Shown here: one piece after another, positions 36,270-50,600 of the stretch
Layout: the number at the start of each line of letters is the position of its first letter
How positions within the stretch are numbered: position 1 is the stretch's first letter
Origin: Marsupella aquatica
Taxonomy: Eukaryota > Plantae > Marchantiophyta
Assembly: GCA_973895155.1 (NCBI GenBank)
Contig: OZ316898.1
Location: forward strand, 10,196,286 to 10,260,285
Direction of reading: 5' to 3'
DNA: 64,000 bases
Notes under the pieces: generated by a model
Databases searched by the model: none
Told to the model about the DNA's origin: nothing
What the model saw: only the letters and a program-made list of their open reading frames with translations
Program-made: the position numbers and the translations under genes

Positions 36270-39200
36270 TAAAGTGAAGCCCCAAAAGTGAAGCCCCGAT
36301 GGACCACCATGCTGGACAAAGTGCAATGGAAATTGAAACCTGGATGCACCACCATGTTACGCAAAGTGCTCCCTGGACCACATTTTGGTGGTCCATGTGA
36401 ATTTTGGGCTTATAACTTAATGAAACTAAAGCTAGGATAGACCTCCACTTTGTCTAGGAAACCCCAATGGACTGGCAAAGCTTGGATAGACTTGCTCAGA
36501 ACATTTATATTGACTCAGATAATATTGTTTAAGACTTTGATTGAAATTTGACCTGTAGACGGTCTCCTTGTGGAACCAAGTGTTCCATTATTTCCATCAA
36601 AGTATTCCAATTGGAGGTGCTGTAACAAAAAAAGTCTTTGCCTGAAGTAGTTGGCTTCTAAGTGCATTCGTTGCAATGGAGATCTCACCACCAAGGATTG
36701 CAGATGAAAGGGGTATCATGCACTCTATGATGTTGGAAGAGTACATAGAGGAGAGGGAATCAAAGCAGATTGAGCAAAATTGTTTGATTAGAGTTGATCA
36801 CGCAAAGTCTCCTTCAACAAGAAGGCATACACCAGTCCTCATAACAATGTAATTATGCCACAATGCTAGATGTCATGACCTTATTCTTGTGTCCACGCCT
36901 TCTCAGGCTGGCAATGGCGCAATGCAACTTTGGAGACCTTACAAAAATGGGGAATCTTTGAGCATGAAAATGGTGCTAAAGTTATGATTATAGCATGTTC
37001 ATCGTGGAACATGTTTCATTTGTCTTTAAGTGATATATAGGTGATCTAAGCTTTTTGTGGCTGTGGCATATGTGTTAAAGATTGAGTGGGGATAACATAT
37101 ATACAAGTCACATAATGACTAGAAAAGTACAAACCAATATTGAAAAATTGTGCACACAAGTTACAAGAGTAGAAGTACAACAGATGCAAAGTGAAATAAT
37201 AATGACCAGAAAATGTTAAAGTCTATGGAATAGGGTTGTGCACATAATGTACAAGAGTAGAGATATTTATGTACTTACCTTAGGTAATGGCTTTCAAATC
37301 AATCAAAACCATAAATGCAGGAAACAAAATCTGAGGAGAAATTAAAGACAAAAGGTGTGCACTTTGTTTGGGATGATATCTTTCTCACTCATGAGAATAA
37401 GTACTAGAAATTCTATGAGAGTTGTTGAAGGGTTGAATGCACAATATTGGAATCTAGAATTAGCGAACAGTAGGATAGCGAGGATTAAAACTATTTAGAG
37501 AGATGCCGATACAAGTTCAGAATCTAAACTATACGAGGTGCCAATAAAAATTCAAACTCAACTATACAAGGGATGCACCTTGTTTAGACACACTGAAATA
37601 AAATACACATAAAAAAGACTCAATAAGACAAAATACTGAAAAGTGGAATGTAAACTATACAAGGGATGCACCTTGTTACGACACATTGAAATAAAAATAC
37701 ACAGAAAAAATATTGAAAGGTGGATTTGCCATATAGCAGCATCACGGGACACCATGGTCTGTGTTCGAAAAAAGGGCATGATACAACCATGAGCACAACC
37801 AGCAAGCAAGCATTGGTTTACCATCATAGCAAGCTCCCTTTCAGATGTCTATTGAGCTCCTCCTTGTGCCACTATGATTTCCACAAACATTCAGTTCTAT
37901 TACACCTCTGAAGTCCTTGTGTCTGCAATGTGTTGTGTCAAACTATCAAGCTCACAAAATGTGAATCATTAGTGAAATAACATAAATGTTTGCACTGAAA
38001 TGGACGGTGAAAGAATTCAATAAAGCTCTGATCATAGAAGATGTCAACAGGTGGAGGTAAATCTTAGAATTAGCCAGGCCTCTGAAGAATAATATCATGG
38101 AAGTGTTGAATGAGTACCACGATGTTTTACTTGAATTCATGCCGGTTGGTTGTGGAGTCACCGCCTTGTTGGGATTGATCTTATGTTGGGAGCCTGACCG
38201 TTTTGATAGCTTCACAGGCAGACGAATCTCAAGTACTATTTGATGATCAAGGCCAAGATTGATACATTGATTGTTGCCTGGTGAGATGACACCACATTTT
38301 TGGCACTAGATTGAGGCATCTGAAGATGATACAAAGTTTATTCTTCTAGATCAAGTGGCAATTCTTGATGTGAATCATCAACTAAAGAGCAACTCCTCAT
38401 TATTGGCCTCTTCCTGAGCCGAGTCCTGAGCTCATTCCAACTAGAAGTAAACCAGATTGTAACCTGAAGGAAAACCAAAATACCCAATTCTTGTTGGTAC
38501 ATTGGTGGAGAAACCTGTTTACTCGGCAGTCCCATGATGTCCTCCCACTTTGTCTCCTTTGTCTACACCCTCTGTTTGATCTCGTTGAGCATACTATGAG
38601 CTAATCCAATTACCTCGGATACCAACTCATTTGTGGATTGAAACTCCCAACCAAGGATATGACCTAGCTTGCAATTGGGATCCCAACTACCAACAAAGTC
38701 AGATATCAATTTCCGTTTGACTCTATCCTTTCTTGTCCACAATAATCTAACATTGCCCCTTAATCCTGTACCCGGTAAGAAATGCAGATACCTGTCAGAC
38801 ACAATGACTCTGAATACATCATCAAGAGGAAATGTAATCCAAAGCTTATTTGCATGGTACGGTTTCAGCCTTACCGATTCCAACGTTTAGTGGTGAGGTT
38901 GTCACCTCACTTCAAACTCCTCAGGCTCTTCTCTTGCCCCACTATCTCAACCTGAGCAGGCTGAACACATCTACCTGCTCTAGCCCATTGCATCATTTCT
39001 TGACCCAATATAGTTCAAGGCTTCTTTGCCATTGGTTCAGCTGTTGTTGCTTCCTTGGCTTGCCGCTTCTTAGCAATCGTTGTTATTACTCTCTTCTTGG
39101 AGTGTGTTTCACATCCTTTGATGCTCTGAATCCTCGACTCCGACTACTATCTTAATGAAGTGCCCTGAGTTTCCTCAATGTAGAATTGCAATAGATAGCC

Positions 39201-40179
39201 TACTTAAAACACTGCAGCTACCCTTATTGAACCACAAAAACTGAAGCAAAATATATTTTCCTCATTGGAATGCATTGTCCTGAAGTTCCTAGCTAGAGAT
39301 GCTCAATGTCTTGATGTTCCTCTGCAGCTCGCTCTGGCTTCTTTTCCTTGTAAGTTGTAATGATTTGTCGGCAGTATCTGATTACACAATTTAAAAGTGC
39401 TTTGATTGATTCATTTTGCTCATAGTGGAATTGAAATCGCAACAGAATGTCTTAACCTTTGACTTCAGCTCAATTGTCAGTGAGTGCCTTCCGAGCTTTG
39501 CCTTTCAACTCTAAACATAAGAGTGAAAAAGTGGAATGAGCTGTGTTCACCCCCTCCCCCCTTCTTTGTAAGATCTAGTCCCAAAACTTTATGCACCCAA
39601 ATTGTGAAACATAATTGCAAATATATTCAATTGTGGTTGTTGACCATACCCCACTAACCAGTTTTTTTGGGTTTTTATTGTTTTAAATGGGAGAGACCAG
39701 CCCACTGAATACCATGCAAGGGAGCAACAGTCACCCAAACCAAAAGTAACAAGGCGCAAACTGCCAACCTGGGGCGAAACATGCCCACAAAAAAATCTGG
39801 CCAGGAGATCCAGACAAGCTGGAGGGTGGCCCAAACCAGAACCCCAAAACTACAAAGCTTGTGCAAGTGTTTCATAGTCCTACCAACCCTAAGGTACATA
39901 GTGTTAAGGGCAAATTGGAGAACCTTAGGGATCACCCTACTCTCAGATTGACAGATCAATCTTACAAATCTCAGAAACTAGAATATAGCCCATGACCCAA
40001 TGGCCTGGAGAAACTTGTACTCCAATCAAACTTCTCCTGCACCAGAGCCATGCAGCCCCTGAAAATCGGCTGCATGGACCCCATGTCAAAGTGGCCACAA
40101 CGCGGGTGGCGCACAATCTCCGTGTTGCTCATTTTACTATTAGTGGTAATCATAAATGTCAAGGTTAAGAGCCTGGGTG

Positions 40180-40570
40180 ATCTTTGTTGTCGTCCAGGGC
40201 TTGAGCACCTCATTGAGCTCACTAAGAGAATTTTGTAGTTGTCTGGTCTTGTTCACAGACCTACAAATATCCAACAAGATTCCAGGTAGCTTCTCCGTTT
40301 GTCTCAATATAACCCATCACGGGATGTGCCCAAAGAACTGGAACTAGTATATAGCATTGCCCTCATTCCAGATTGTCCGATAGAGTTCAGCAATGAGGAG
40401 TAAGTTGGCTGGTTTCCTTTTATGCATCCAGATGGCCGCCTTGACAAAGTCAAAATGTGTACCTTGGATGACATTCATAGCCGGGGTGTGGCTAAGGTGA
40501 AGGCTAATCTCCTGCCACTGCGCCTGGACTTTGATAGAACTGAAGACCAATGTGTTGAAACCCGACTAAC
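40180..40570 (-). mobile_element. Degenerate L1-type LINE ORF2 C-terminal fragment
   Basis: LVFSSIKVQAQW...LLLIAELYRTIWNEGN resembles the region after zf-RVT (W-x-I-W-x-E-R-N) in plant L1 elements. There are stops downstream and no RT motifs are visible. Confidence 0.45.
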
Positions 40571-41747
40571 CCCTCTTACAGAGTTATCCTCAGCCGCACC
40601 GCCAAAAGTTTGAAAGGGTGACACAGGCTGCAAACCCCCCAAACCAATTACCCTGACCTTCAATTTATTGTCCAAGTATCAGAACAATGTTGTATATAAA
40701 ATAATATAAAAAATAACTATAATCATATGGTACATTTCCAAGCTAAATTCTCAATCAATTTTTAAGTACTTTATCACTAATGATGTTCTTATTGACAATA
40801 ATGCCATAGTTTTTTGTATTTATAAATATGTCACGGGTTTATATATGGATGACAAGTTCACTAGCCCAACTAGGGAAACTATATACAATGACCCTTGGCA
40901 TATTTATATATACAATAGAAAATAGTATCATAAATTTAAACATTGTTAGTGACAATGTAGTAATGTACCTAAAAGCTGAATTCTTAATATAGTCCTCAAG
41001 CAAGTAGGCGGGTGCTGGAAATGTACAAATAGTAGTGAGTCTATCTACAATTATATGATCATGCCTTTTTTTGTCCTTTGTCCCAATACAAAAATGCTCC
41101 TCTGCCCGAAAGATTCAGTCATTGGATTCGATTATTATTTTCTTTCACCATTGATGGAAGAAATGTGCTCCCTAGTACATATGTGCTTCCCGCTGCCCCA
41201 TAAATGCCCAGGCCCGGCTGGCTCTCCTTGCGTCGTGCATAGGGCTAGTACCCAATAATAGGTGGAATCTCAATGCATTTGTTTTTGGTGCCCTAAGGCC
41301 GGAAAGTGCGTGCTGCAAAAATACACTCACTAGTAGGGAGTACCTACCAAACAATCGGTGTATGCTGCAAATGCAGGAAGTCCATAGCAGACACCAACTG
41401 TACTAACCTCTCAAATGCTGGCCCACTTTCCTAAGCCTGCGTGGCTGCGTGGGCTTAATAAAAGATAATTGAGAAGATATTTGACAATCTTACCACATGA
41501 TGACATCAAAAGAAGTTGGGGGTAGAATTGCAGGAACATAGATGGGGACTGAGTATCTGAAATGGCCACTCCGAAATTAGGGGTGGAGATGGGAAAAAGA
41601 GATTGGAGGAGCTTTGAAAATGGCTTGAATACACTCACCTCTATTTTTTATTTTGAAAGGACACTGAAGCTAGTGCGCTTTAGTTGCATGTCCTACGCTT
41701 GCCGGCCTGTGCAGCCCCATCGTGTACTGTACATAAATTCCTCGACA

Positions 41748-42095
41748 CCCATTAGTTGGCTATCATCGAAGGCCAGAACGTCCTCCCACGGACGATAGAG
41801 CCATTGGCACCGTCGATATTGGAGACACCAAGAGGGCACACCCTATTGGTGAAATATCATCGAAGGCCAAGAAGTCCTCTCCAGGACGATAGAGCCATGG
41901 GGCACCGTCGATATTGAAGCACCGAGAAGCCACAGCCCATTGGTGGATGATCATTGAAGGTGAAAAGTCGTCGCACAGACGATGGAGACATTGACACCGT
42001 CGATATTGAACGAGGACGCATCCCATTGGTGGGAGATCATCGAAGGTTAGACCGTCCTCACGACAGAGACATCGGCTCCGTCGATATTGAAGCCA
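41748..42095. repeat. Four degenerate ~85-95-bp tandem units upstream of ELF3
   Basis: Recurrent blocks CCCATTGGTG...ATCATCGAAGG...GACGATAGAGCCAT...CACCGTCGATATTG. Confidence 0.8.
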
Positions 42096-44657
42096 AAAAC
42101 GACACTGAGAGGATAAGTTTATTACGGTAGTCGTGGATGCCTCTTGTAGTCTTGTTTGAGTTGGCGGCGGACGGAGAGGAACACGAATAGACTAACGTGA
42201 CGTCTATTCGTAGGTCTTCCGACCTGTCCTCGTATACAGTACCCATATATATGATTTTGTATACAACCACGAGGCCGGGAAAGCGCTGATCGCGTCGACC
42301 AGATACAGCAAGAGCCAAGAGAAGATCAATCTTCCCGGTATACCTCTCTCCCAATCAGAGCAGTAGGAAGTGGGTCCCATAACCATTCCCATTGCCGTGG
42401 CCGGTTGGACGCCCTCGATTATGGTGGATGGCCCATCCTTGCGTTAGGCCGGATATTGGTGCACAACCTACTCTTGACGGCCTGCCATTGGTGGATTCTG
42501 AAAAGGTCCTTTTGTGGGCGAATGACTGAGCGTCTTCGCCTTCTTCTGAAGCAGTACTGAAACCTCTCGGGTAAACCGGAGCACAGTGGGCGAAAAAAAC
42601 AGGTCTCCGTACAGAGGAACGGATCAGCCAATGCGGTGATAGCACGTTCCAGAGCATCCAGCTGTATAACCTTGGACGACTAGGAAGGTATCTATGTGTG
42701 GTTTGGTTAACGTAAATATTACATACGTATGTTTGGTAACACGTCCGTACTCACAAGTTGTGCAGTCGGAAGGTGAGTCAGGTAATAAATTTGAAGTACG
42801 GTACGGATCGTCACTTTCCGGTCACTTGTCTTTTCCCACATTGTTTTATTCAGACATAAGAAAACACAGCTTTCGAGTAACGGGTGGCAGGGCTCCGAAT
42901 ACATTCTGTCAATCTTCGGTGCTAGCGTCGATATTTAGAATCGAAGGCCATTAATATCTGATATTAATTAATTGTTTTCCGACGTGTTTACTTTTTATTC
43001 CGCTTTACTGTCCAAGTGGAAGGAAACCTTTTATAGACGAACCCCGTACTTGATTTGGCATTGTGTGATTGGGCAAAGCGGAAAGGACGTCCTGCGATTG
43101 GACGGAAGCTATGATTGGAGGGATCTCCCCCCTTTACGATGATTTGCGGGAAGCCTACTTATTATACACCCCGTAGTGAATATAAAACAAGGCACTTATA
43201 AGAGTTTTAGATCGAAGTTTTAAGTTTTATGATCACTCATATACTAAACAGGACAAAAAAACAATGGAGAATTCTCACACCTCCTACTGGACATGGATTG
43301 ACTCTGATTTCAGTTACGCGATAGTGCTGCTCCGAATGACTGAGAGGAAACATATCTCCAAATCCCATTCTGGGAACTTCAGCCCCAATTAGAATGCTAA
43401 GTACGTTAGTTACATTGACTGAGAATCTTCAACTCAGCTTATATTAGTGCCTAAAACAGAGTAAACTCACCCTGATTTAATCCTGTTAGGTACAACGCTA
43501 TAGGCTGCGATTCTTACACGGCCTCGTTTTCATTGGGTGAAGAGGAACCTGTCGACTAGTGAGGATCCGTCGGGTCGGAGATCTAACCACGGTTGGATAC
43601 ATATCGAATTGGTTCGCTTCATTCTGCCCGCGGCGCCGTTAAGCGCCTCCTATCGACACCCACGTGTTCAATCGTCGGAGTGATTGGAGGGGAGACTTGG
43701 AGGGGACAACCAGAGGTTACCCTTCCCAGTTCCCACGAGAGGATCTCGGCCGGGCCTGGATCGACAGAGACTACCGATCATGGACAAGACGGGGACAACG
43801 AGAGAAGAAGATGTCAATGACGAGGAAGAGAAGCGGACGAGACGAGAGGAGGGAGGAGGAAATTGATTCGTAGTGTCTGCTCCAAGGAGCACGAAGGTGT
43901 CGGAGGGGATCTGCAGCAAAACATGGGTCGAGAGATCTTTTCTCGTCATAGCGGGAGGTAGAGCTGAAGCAGGTGTTGGTGGCGAGGACGATGGAGATGC
44001 TGTCGTTGTGGTTGGCTTGAAGGAACGTTTGGTTGGGGTTTTCTCGTTACCTGTGTAGGGAGGGGTGTTGTGAAAAGGTCGCCGAGGAAATTGATCATAT
44101 CGTGCGAGGATGTGCTGCGGAAACGCTAGATGAGTCTTCAGATCTTTTCTCTTCTCTTCGAGAGGAGGTGAAGTAGGTGGGAAAGTTGTCGCTGTTGTTC
44201 GCTTGAAGCGTGGTTGGGGTTTCCTCGCAGCACTGGCAGTGAAGGGTTGATGTGAACGGGTCGCGGGAGGCGAGGACGAGGGAGGTGCGGGGATTGATGA
44301 GTGTTGATTGGAGAAGTGGGAACCGGCTGGTGGAGGTTGTACGTATCCATCGAAGATCGTTGATAAAGGTCGTCATGCTGATCACAGAAGGTGGAAGGAC
44401 ATGAGGAGTTTAAGGGAGACTTGAGAGTTGGAAGTTTGGATCTCATCGGATGCCCTGACGCCAATTGTTGGAAGGACGGAAGAGGTGGAGGTAGGATCGA
44501 TGATGTTGTCATCTGCTGCTGATGCCCACGCCGATGGTGTGGCGGTCCGCGTTCTTTCAGACGGTGGTTAGGTGATCTAATGATAGTTTTAGGCAGCAGC
44601 AGACGTAGATTGAGGGCTTTCTGAGAGAGTCCGGGGAATACGAGGAAATTAGAAAAG

Positions 44658-47600
44658 ATGAAAGGGCCAAAGGAATATAAAGGGGTTGGAAGTAGTGTTC
44701 AGACGTCTGGAGGAACTGGAGTGGGTGGTGGCAGTGTTACGGAGACTGGAGCATTGTTTCCGAGGTTGCACGTGAAGGAGACGAAGCGGGTGGGGCCTAG
44801 AGCTCCCCCTAGGAATAAGATGGCTCTGTATGAGCAGTTCACGTTTCCATCTCATCGATACGTTCCCCCTTCATTACCGCTCCCGGCGTCGAAGACTCCG
44901 ACAAGCTATGGACCTCAGGTACTCACTCACAGCCCTATCCCGGCTCCTGCGTAACTACGGCAGCAACGGGAAGGCGCTGAGAAATGTTTTCTATTTCGCG
45001 GATTTCGATACTGTTTGGAAGCGAAGTCCTTATCCTGAGATGTACTCTGACGATACCCGAGCGTTTGTCGGATGTTATGGTGGACTTTTTTGCGTTTGAG
45101 TATTTTGGGCTGAGGTGGTACCATTAGCTCCGTCCTCGCGGAAGAAACTGAGAATTAAGTCGAGAGCTGTGTTTGCTCTGTTCCTTACTGACGTACTATA
45201 ACAATGCTCATTCATCGTGGGATTAGCCTGATGGAGAAAACGTGACTCTAGCGTCCTGCTTTCAGGTCAACGTCTGTATAGAACATCATGTGAGGATACA
45301 TAGTTCGTAAAGAAGAGAATGAAAGTCTGTCGACTTTGCGTCAAGGACGGATCCTGTTACTTCGCAAGGATTCTTGTATCAGGCTTGATTTGCCTAGTTT
45401 TGTTCTCGACTATACGCCTTCCAATTTTTTCCACTTCTGACTCCATGATTCGGGGCGGTGAACTGGCTTCGATCTTTGGTCGACCGTTGCGAGGTGGAAG
45501 TGGTAGTTCTGAGCTTGGGACGGTGCTGATTGTCTCTGCTTGCATGGGGCTCATTTGTGGCTGTCTATCTGTGATAGCTCCCTCGCCTAACCGTCTTGAG
45601 TCGATTATGTAGCGATCGTATGTCTTCGCTGGATGTGGAGTTGCTTGGTTCATAGGTTTGTGCAATTAGCGTTTTCGACTGGGTGATGGATGTTCTCATA
45701 TCCTTTGTTCTGGTCGAAGGTCCCCCAACAGGGTCGATATGTCTGGGGCGTGCTTCCCTTTTTGCGGAGTTTTTGTCTTCATCACGTCCGCGCACTGTCC
45801 TGGTGGTGCAAACTAGCGCCCTTGTGGCTGACTTTTCTGAAGTCGGAGCTCTGTCGTCATCTGGCTGTCTTCTCTATGCTGTATGAAGGGGTCTCCTACT
45901 TTTGAATGCGGAACTCGGCAGATTTTTGGTTCAAGTATGCCCGGTTTGGGATTGAGACAACTGTTGTTCTCTTTATTTGACCAATCAGAGTGTCCCAGGA
46001 GCACTTTATGGAAAAAGCCGTCGTTGAGTAGCCGTGTGCTGAACGTATTGCATGTTTTGTCCGACATTAGCTTACACAGCGTTTGAGATTTCGGTAGCCA
46101 TGAAGCTGCATTTAAACGCTGTTGTCGTCGTTACTGTGAGAGCTGAGCGATGCTCTTCTCCTGCAAACGTAGGACATAAACCCGAGGATTTTGAATATCA
46201 CTCGTCGTTGTGTCAAGGTTTATTTCTTTTACAATTTGTTAATTGTGGTCAGGTTCAGTGAATTGCAGCTACCGTCTTGTATCATCAAGATTTGGGTTGA
46301 GCCGCACTTCACATTAACCTTCCGATGGGCCTTTGTGTTGAATGTCTTTGAGCCCAGTATGAGCTTTGTTCATTTGGTAGAAGGTGATCGCAGAACGTAA
46401 CTATTCTTTTTGCGGGAGACCTTCCGCTGGTTTGTCGTCAATCTAGTCTATAATTTTATTCCGTATATTTTGTTAATGATGCTTCTGTTTATCGGCCTCC
46501 TGTATGGCTACCTGGTTTCACAGTCTTAGGGGCTTACTTTTGTGAGTTCTTCTTCAGCAGTGATAACTTGCTCTCCAGCTTTTGGGACTCCTCTCTTTCT
46601 ATTACCTTCTGCTAGGAAAGAGGGCCGTTATAACCGGCATCAAAATCGAAGAGAGCCTTCAGTACTAACTTTTACGCTGGTTGGTTGTGACAGCGATCGT
46701 CATATGAGGGGTCCATGTTTTATGGAGCTCCTCCGGCTTTTGGGGGGATGCCCTGGATGCCCTGGATGCCATATTCAGAAGTGTATTCTGGGTCTTATTT
46801 TGGAGGGCAGCCCTCTGTGAATGGCAGCAGTAGCAGTACGATTGTTGACTGTGAGGGGGATGTGGGACAAGGAGCTCGTACCGCCGCTGCCGACAGTGGA
46901 AGACCTTCCTCAAACGCAGGCAGTCACATGAGTCCGTGGGTGTCGTCGCATTCGAACGTAAGGAGTGTTTCAAGTAAGAAGGCCCGGAACAATGATGATC
47001 GTACTGTGCCTACATACACTCCGCCAGTTGCTAGCAGTCATGGATCTCCTACCCCTGAAGTGAGATCAAAGCAGCTTGCTGCACGAGCGGGGCATCAAGA
47101 CAAGGTTGATACTGCAAGTACACCTGAGCCAGTGTCAGTTTCTTCGGATTGTCATCGGGAGGCGTCTGGTTTGGCGACTTCAAGAGCCAACGGAGGAATT
47201 TGTCCTTCCATTTGGAGCCGCAAAGGAGGGAAAAGAACTGACCTGGTGGGCCAGGGTGGGAACAGGGATCATGGAGACGAAGATGAGTCGGTGCTGCTCG
47301 ACTCTATAACAGTTGAAAAGGAGAAGGATTCCATTACGCTGCAAAAGAGCCATCCGGTGCACTCGGACTCTCCCTACAGACTTGAACAGTATGTTGACTT
47401 TCAGGATCAAAGGAAAGGGTCGCAAGCAGATATCAGTTCTGCTGTGGAGGGTCTGAAGAGCCATAACTCGAGCGACGAATGCTTGACTGGCATCGAGGAA
47501 GATTGCAGAGGACAGGCAAGCAATGTCGGTCACAAGGCAAGGAGTACTCCTAGAGGATCCCACGCCAATGCGTCAGCTGTCATTAACACTACGGCTGGAG

Positions 47601-50600
47601 AAACCGATGATACAGAGAATAGAAGACATGACATTGGTGACCAGGGGTTGAGGAAACATAGACACGAATCTGATCGTAAATCGATCAGTTCGGCTGGAAG
47701 TGGTGATGATCTGGAGATCACCAGTGGTTCCGCTGAGGTTTCTGATGCCTCAGAGTCCGATGAAGGACTCAGTGGCAGGTCAGAGTTTGATGCGGGTGAT
47801 GCGTTTGTGGCGGAAACTGACCTCGGTTGGGGAACGCATACTATAGCACCCAAGGATATAGTCAATGCAATAGGCGAGCAGGAATTTTGGCGAGCAAGGA
47901 AGCTGATTCTAAGGTCTGTATTTCTAATTTGTCTCCATTTGACACCGACTTCTCTTGAGTGGAAAGTTGCTTTATGTCTTGTATTTGTGAGTATGATGGT
48001 TGCTTTACCGTTCTATTATGTTTTGTTTACGCATAGATAGAGTTCAAAATGGGTTGAAACACGTTCACGAGCTTTCACATGGAAAGTCAAGAGTTAGTTG
48101 CAAGGTCTACCCCCTGTCGAAAGGGATCGGTGCCCTCGTGGTTTTTTGGTTTGTTGCTGTTATATTATGTAGAAGTTTGAGGGGTGCCTTTTGAGCGACT
48201 GTACTCCTGTCCCTTGTTTGGTAAAACATCTAGCAATGGATTGGCTGCTCCTTTTCAACAACCAGTATCAGAGCATCATCCCTGACATTCGTTGACGTTC
48301 TAGTTCGAGGATATTGTCGACAGTGCCTTCTGAGAGTTTTCCTTGCATTACTTCATACTCTCATTTAGGTTGATACTACTCTCATTTCGTTTTCGGAGTG
48401 GTTATCATTGTCGTGAATGAGAAAGTTCTTATGGGTACGAGTGATGATACTGGGCCACATTTTGGTGTTTGTGTTGCAGTTGCTAACTCTCTTAAGAAGA
48501 ATTCTTGTGGTAGTAGCCTGCCGTTCACAGTGCCTGGCCACTGTTGTTAAGTCATGAACTCTTTGGTGTCAGTTTTCCCTGTGATCCCCTTGGGAAATGT
48601 TGTTCATAATGTGGCTGGAGCTATACGAAACTCTTGCCAAATTGGTATGTATTGTAGCAGGTAAACTGGAGGTAACGTCGCAAGTGAACTTCACTTACCC
48701 ACCTTCATTTGTATGGAATACATCCGTTTTCTCCTTTTGATCTCAGTTTGACCTCTCGTAAATGTTCTTTGTCAAGATCGCAACGTGCTAGGTGGTACCT
48801 TTTTCTTTCCTGGAGCAAATTTAGTCTCTAGTCTACCCTTTTTACTGAATGCGCGTGGCTGTATTACTGAATGACTACTTTCAGTATTACTGAAAATCCT
48901 AGACCTCAGGGTGTTTCATGCCTTCTGTTGGTCTTGAAGACAGGCACTCTGTTTAAGCCCTTCGGTGTTTTCGCTAAAGGTTTGTTCCTGGGGCTGCGGG
49001 AGTAAGGCGGGTAAGTTTTGATACCTGTGGGGGAGGTAAGGATATCAATCCCGGGAACAAACTAAATAGATGCCTGTCGATTGGATTTTGATGTGACCAT
49101 TGCTAGTGATATCCCATGGTACAGTAATATTTCTCTTTCGTATGGATTCGTTGCTTCTCATACGAAATGTATACTTGGTATCATCTGTCATGAAAGTAGA
49201 GATCGCGGTTAATATTAATTTGCTACTGTTTTTCCTTCATACCTGAACGGCCTAGATTCATACCTGTAAGCTATTTTTGCTGGAAGCTGCGCTCTTTATA
49301 GGAAGGTGGAATTGGCTTGACCTTTATCGTTCAAGACTGAAGTTTGATGGTATCTAAGGTGGTTCTTGCAAAGCTTTCATGTTTGTTATACTTGCAAGAT
49401 CATTTTATGGTCTTCTTGAACGGGTATCGTGTGACTTAGATTGACATGCATTCCCTCAGTTACGGTGGTAGAGGATGCTCTAGTGACTGTAGACGTTATG
49501 AAGGGTAGTGGTGGGTTTATATCTGAGGTTCGACGGGTTAACTGAATTCGGCAGAGATGTTTTGTGGTATGTGTGGACTAAAATGAATTTGCATAACCCC
49601 GAAAATTAAATTGGGATGTGAAGGTTGAGGTCTTGATGCCTCTTTGTTCTGTCTTGGAATTTCTCTGTTATGCGCAGAGGAGCGACAGAGTCTGATTTGA
49701 GACAATGACTTTCCCGATGTTGAAAAGCTCACTAATTTGTCTGGGGCGTCTTCAGTTAGAATACTTTTTAGGTCGTGTTAGCTGATCACTATATCCACGT
49801 GTTAGTGTACGGTGTAAGTGAGAACGCAGACTTGTATTGTCTCGCAGAGTATATTATGGTATTCAGCTTTACGGCCGGTCTGTAAATGCTAGTGGAAAAT
49901 TTATGCTCGAATGTATTCTGATCCTCTTTTTATGCTTACTCAGGCAGCAGAAAATATTTTCAGCACAGCTTTTCGAGTTGCACCGTATTATCAAGGTACG
50001 TATGTGGCCCTCGTCCCTTTGCCAGCTTTCAATTATTCATCCGTTTCTAGAAGCAATTTAGCTGAAACTACTTCTTATTGAAATTTAATCTGGTATTTTC
50101 TTATAGGTTCAACAACTCTTGGCATCGTCTCCGATGACTGAGGAAATCGTTACAAATACTCGGGAGGAGCCAGCGGAGACATCAGAGCCAGCTCAAGCAA
50201 ATCATTCACAGGATGTGGAGAAGAAGTCTAAGAATAGCGAGGCTTTTGTGGGGAATCAAGAGAGACAGGACGATACCACAGGAAAGCAGCCAGATAGCAG
50301 TGGCCACTCGTCAACTTCAGATAGAATGTTTGATGAGCTCCCGGTTGGTAATTCCGAGACTGGCCAGAGCGAAGCTGGGCAAGTTCCTACTATGTTGAAT
50401 GTCACGCAAGGAGCGTCGACTGCGTCCTGGGGTGGCCCACCGTATGGCAACTCTGGTGCTAGTAACAACTGGTTTGGAGCTGTGCCTACTCCTAATGGAG
50501 CATACATGTATCAGCCTTATCCTGGGTCTTATCATACATCGCAAGTGAATGGCATGGGGGCATACAACGGTGCATATCCTGTCATGTGTGCTCCCAGTGC

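Noticed and set aside
41470-43360. Evening Element in the ELF3 promoter
   Set aside because: Only partial matches were seen (AGATATTT ~41475, AATATCT ~42953), with no full AAAATATCT near the gene.
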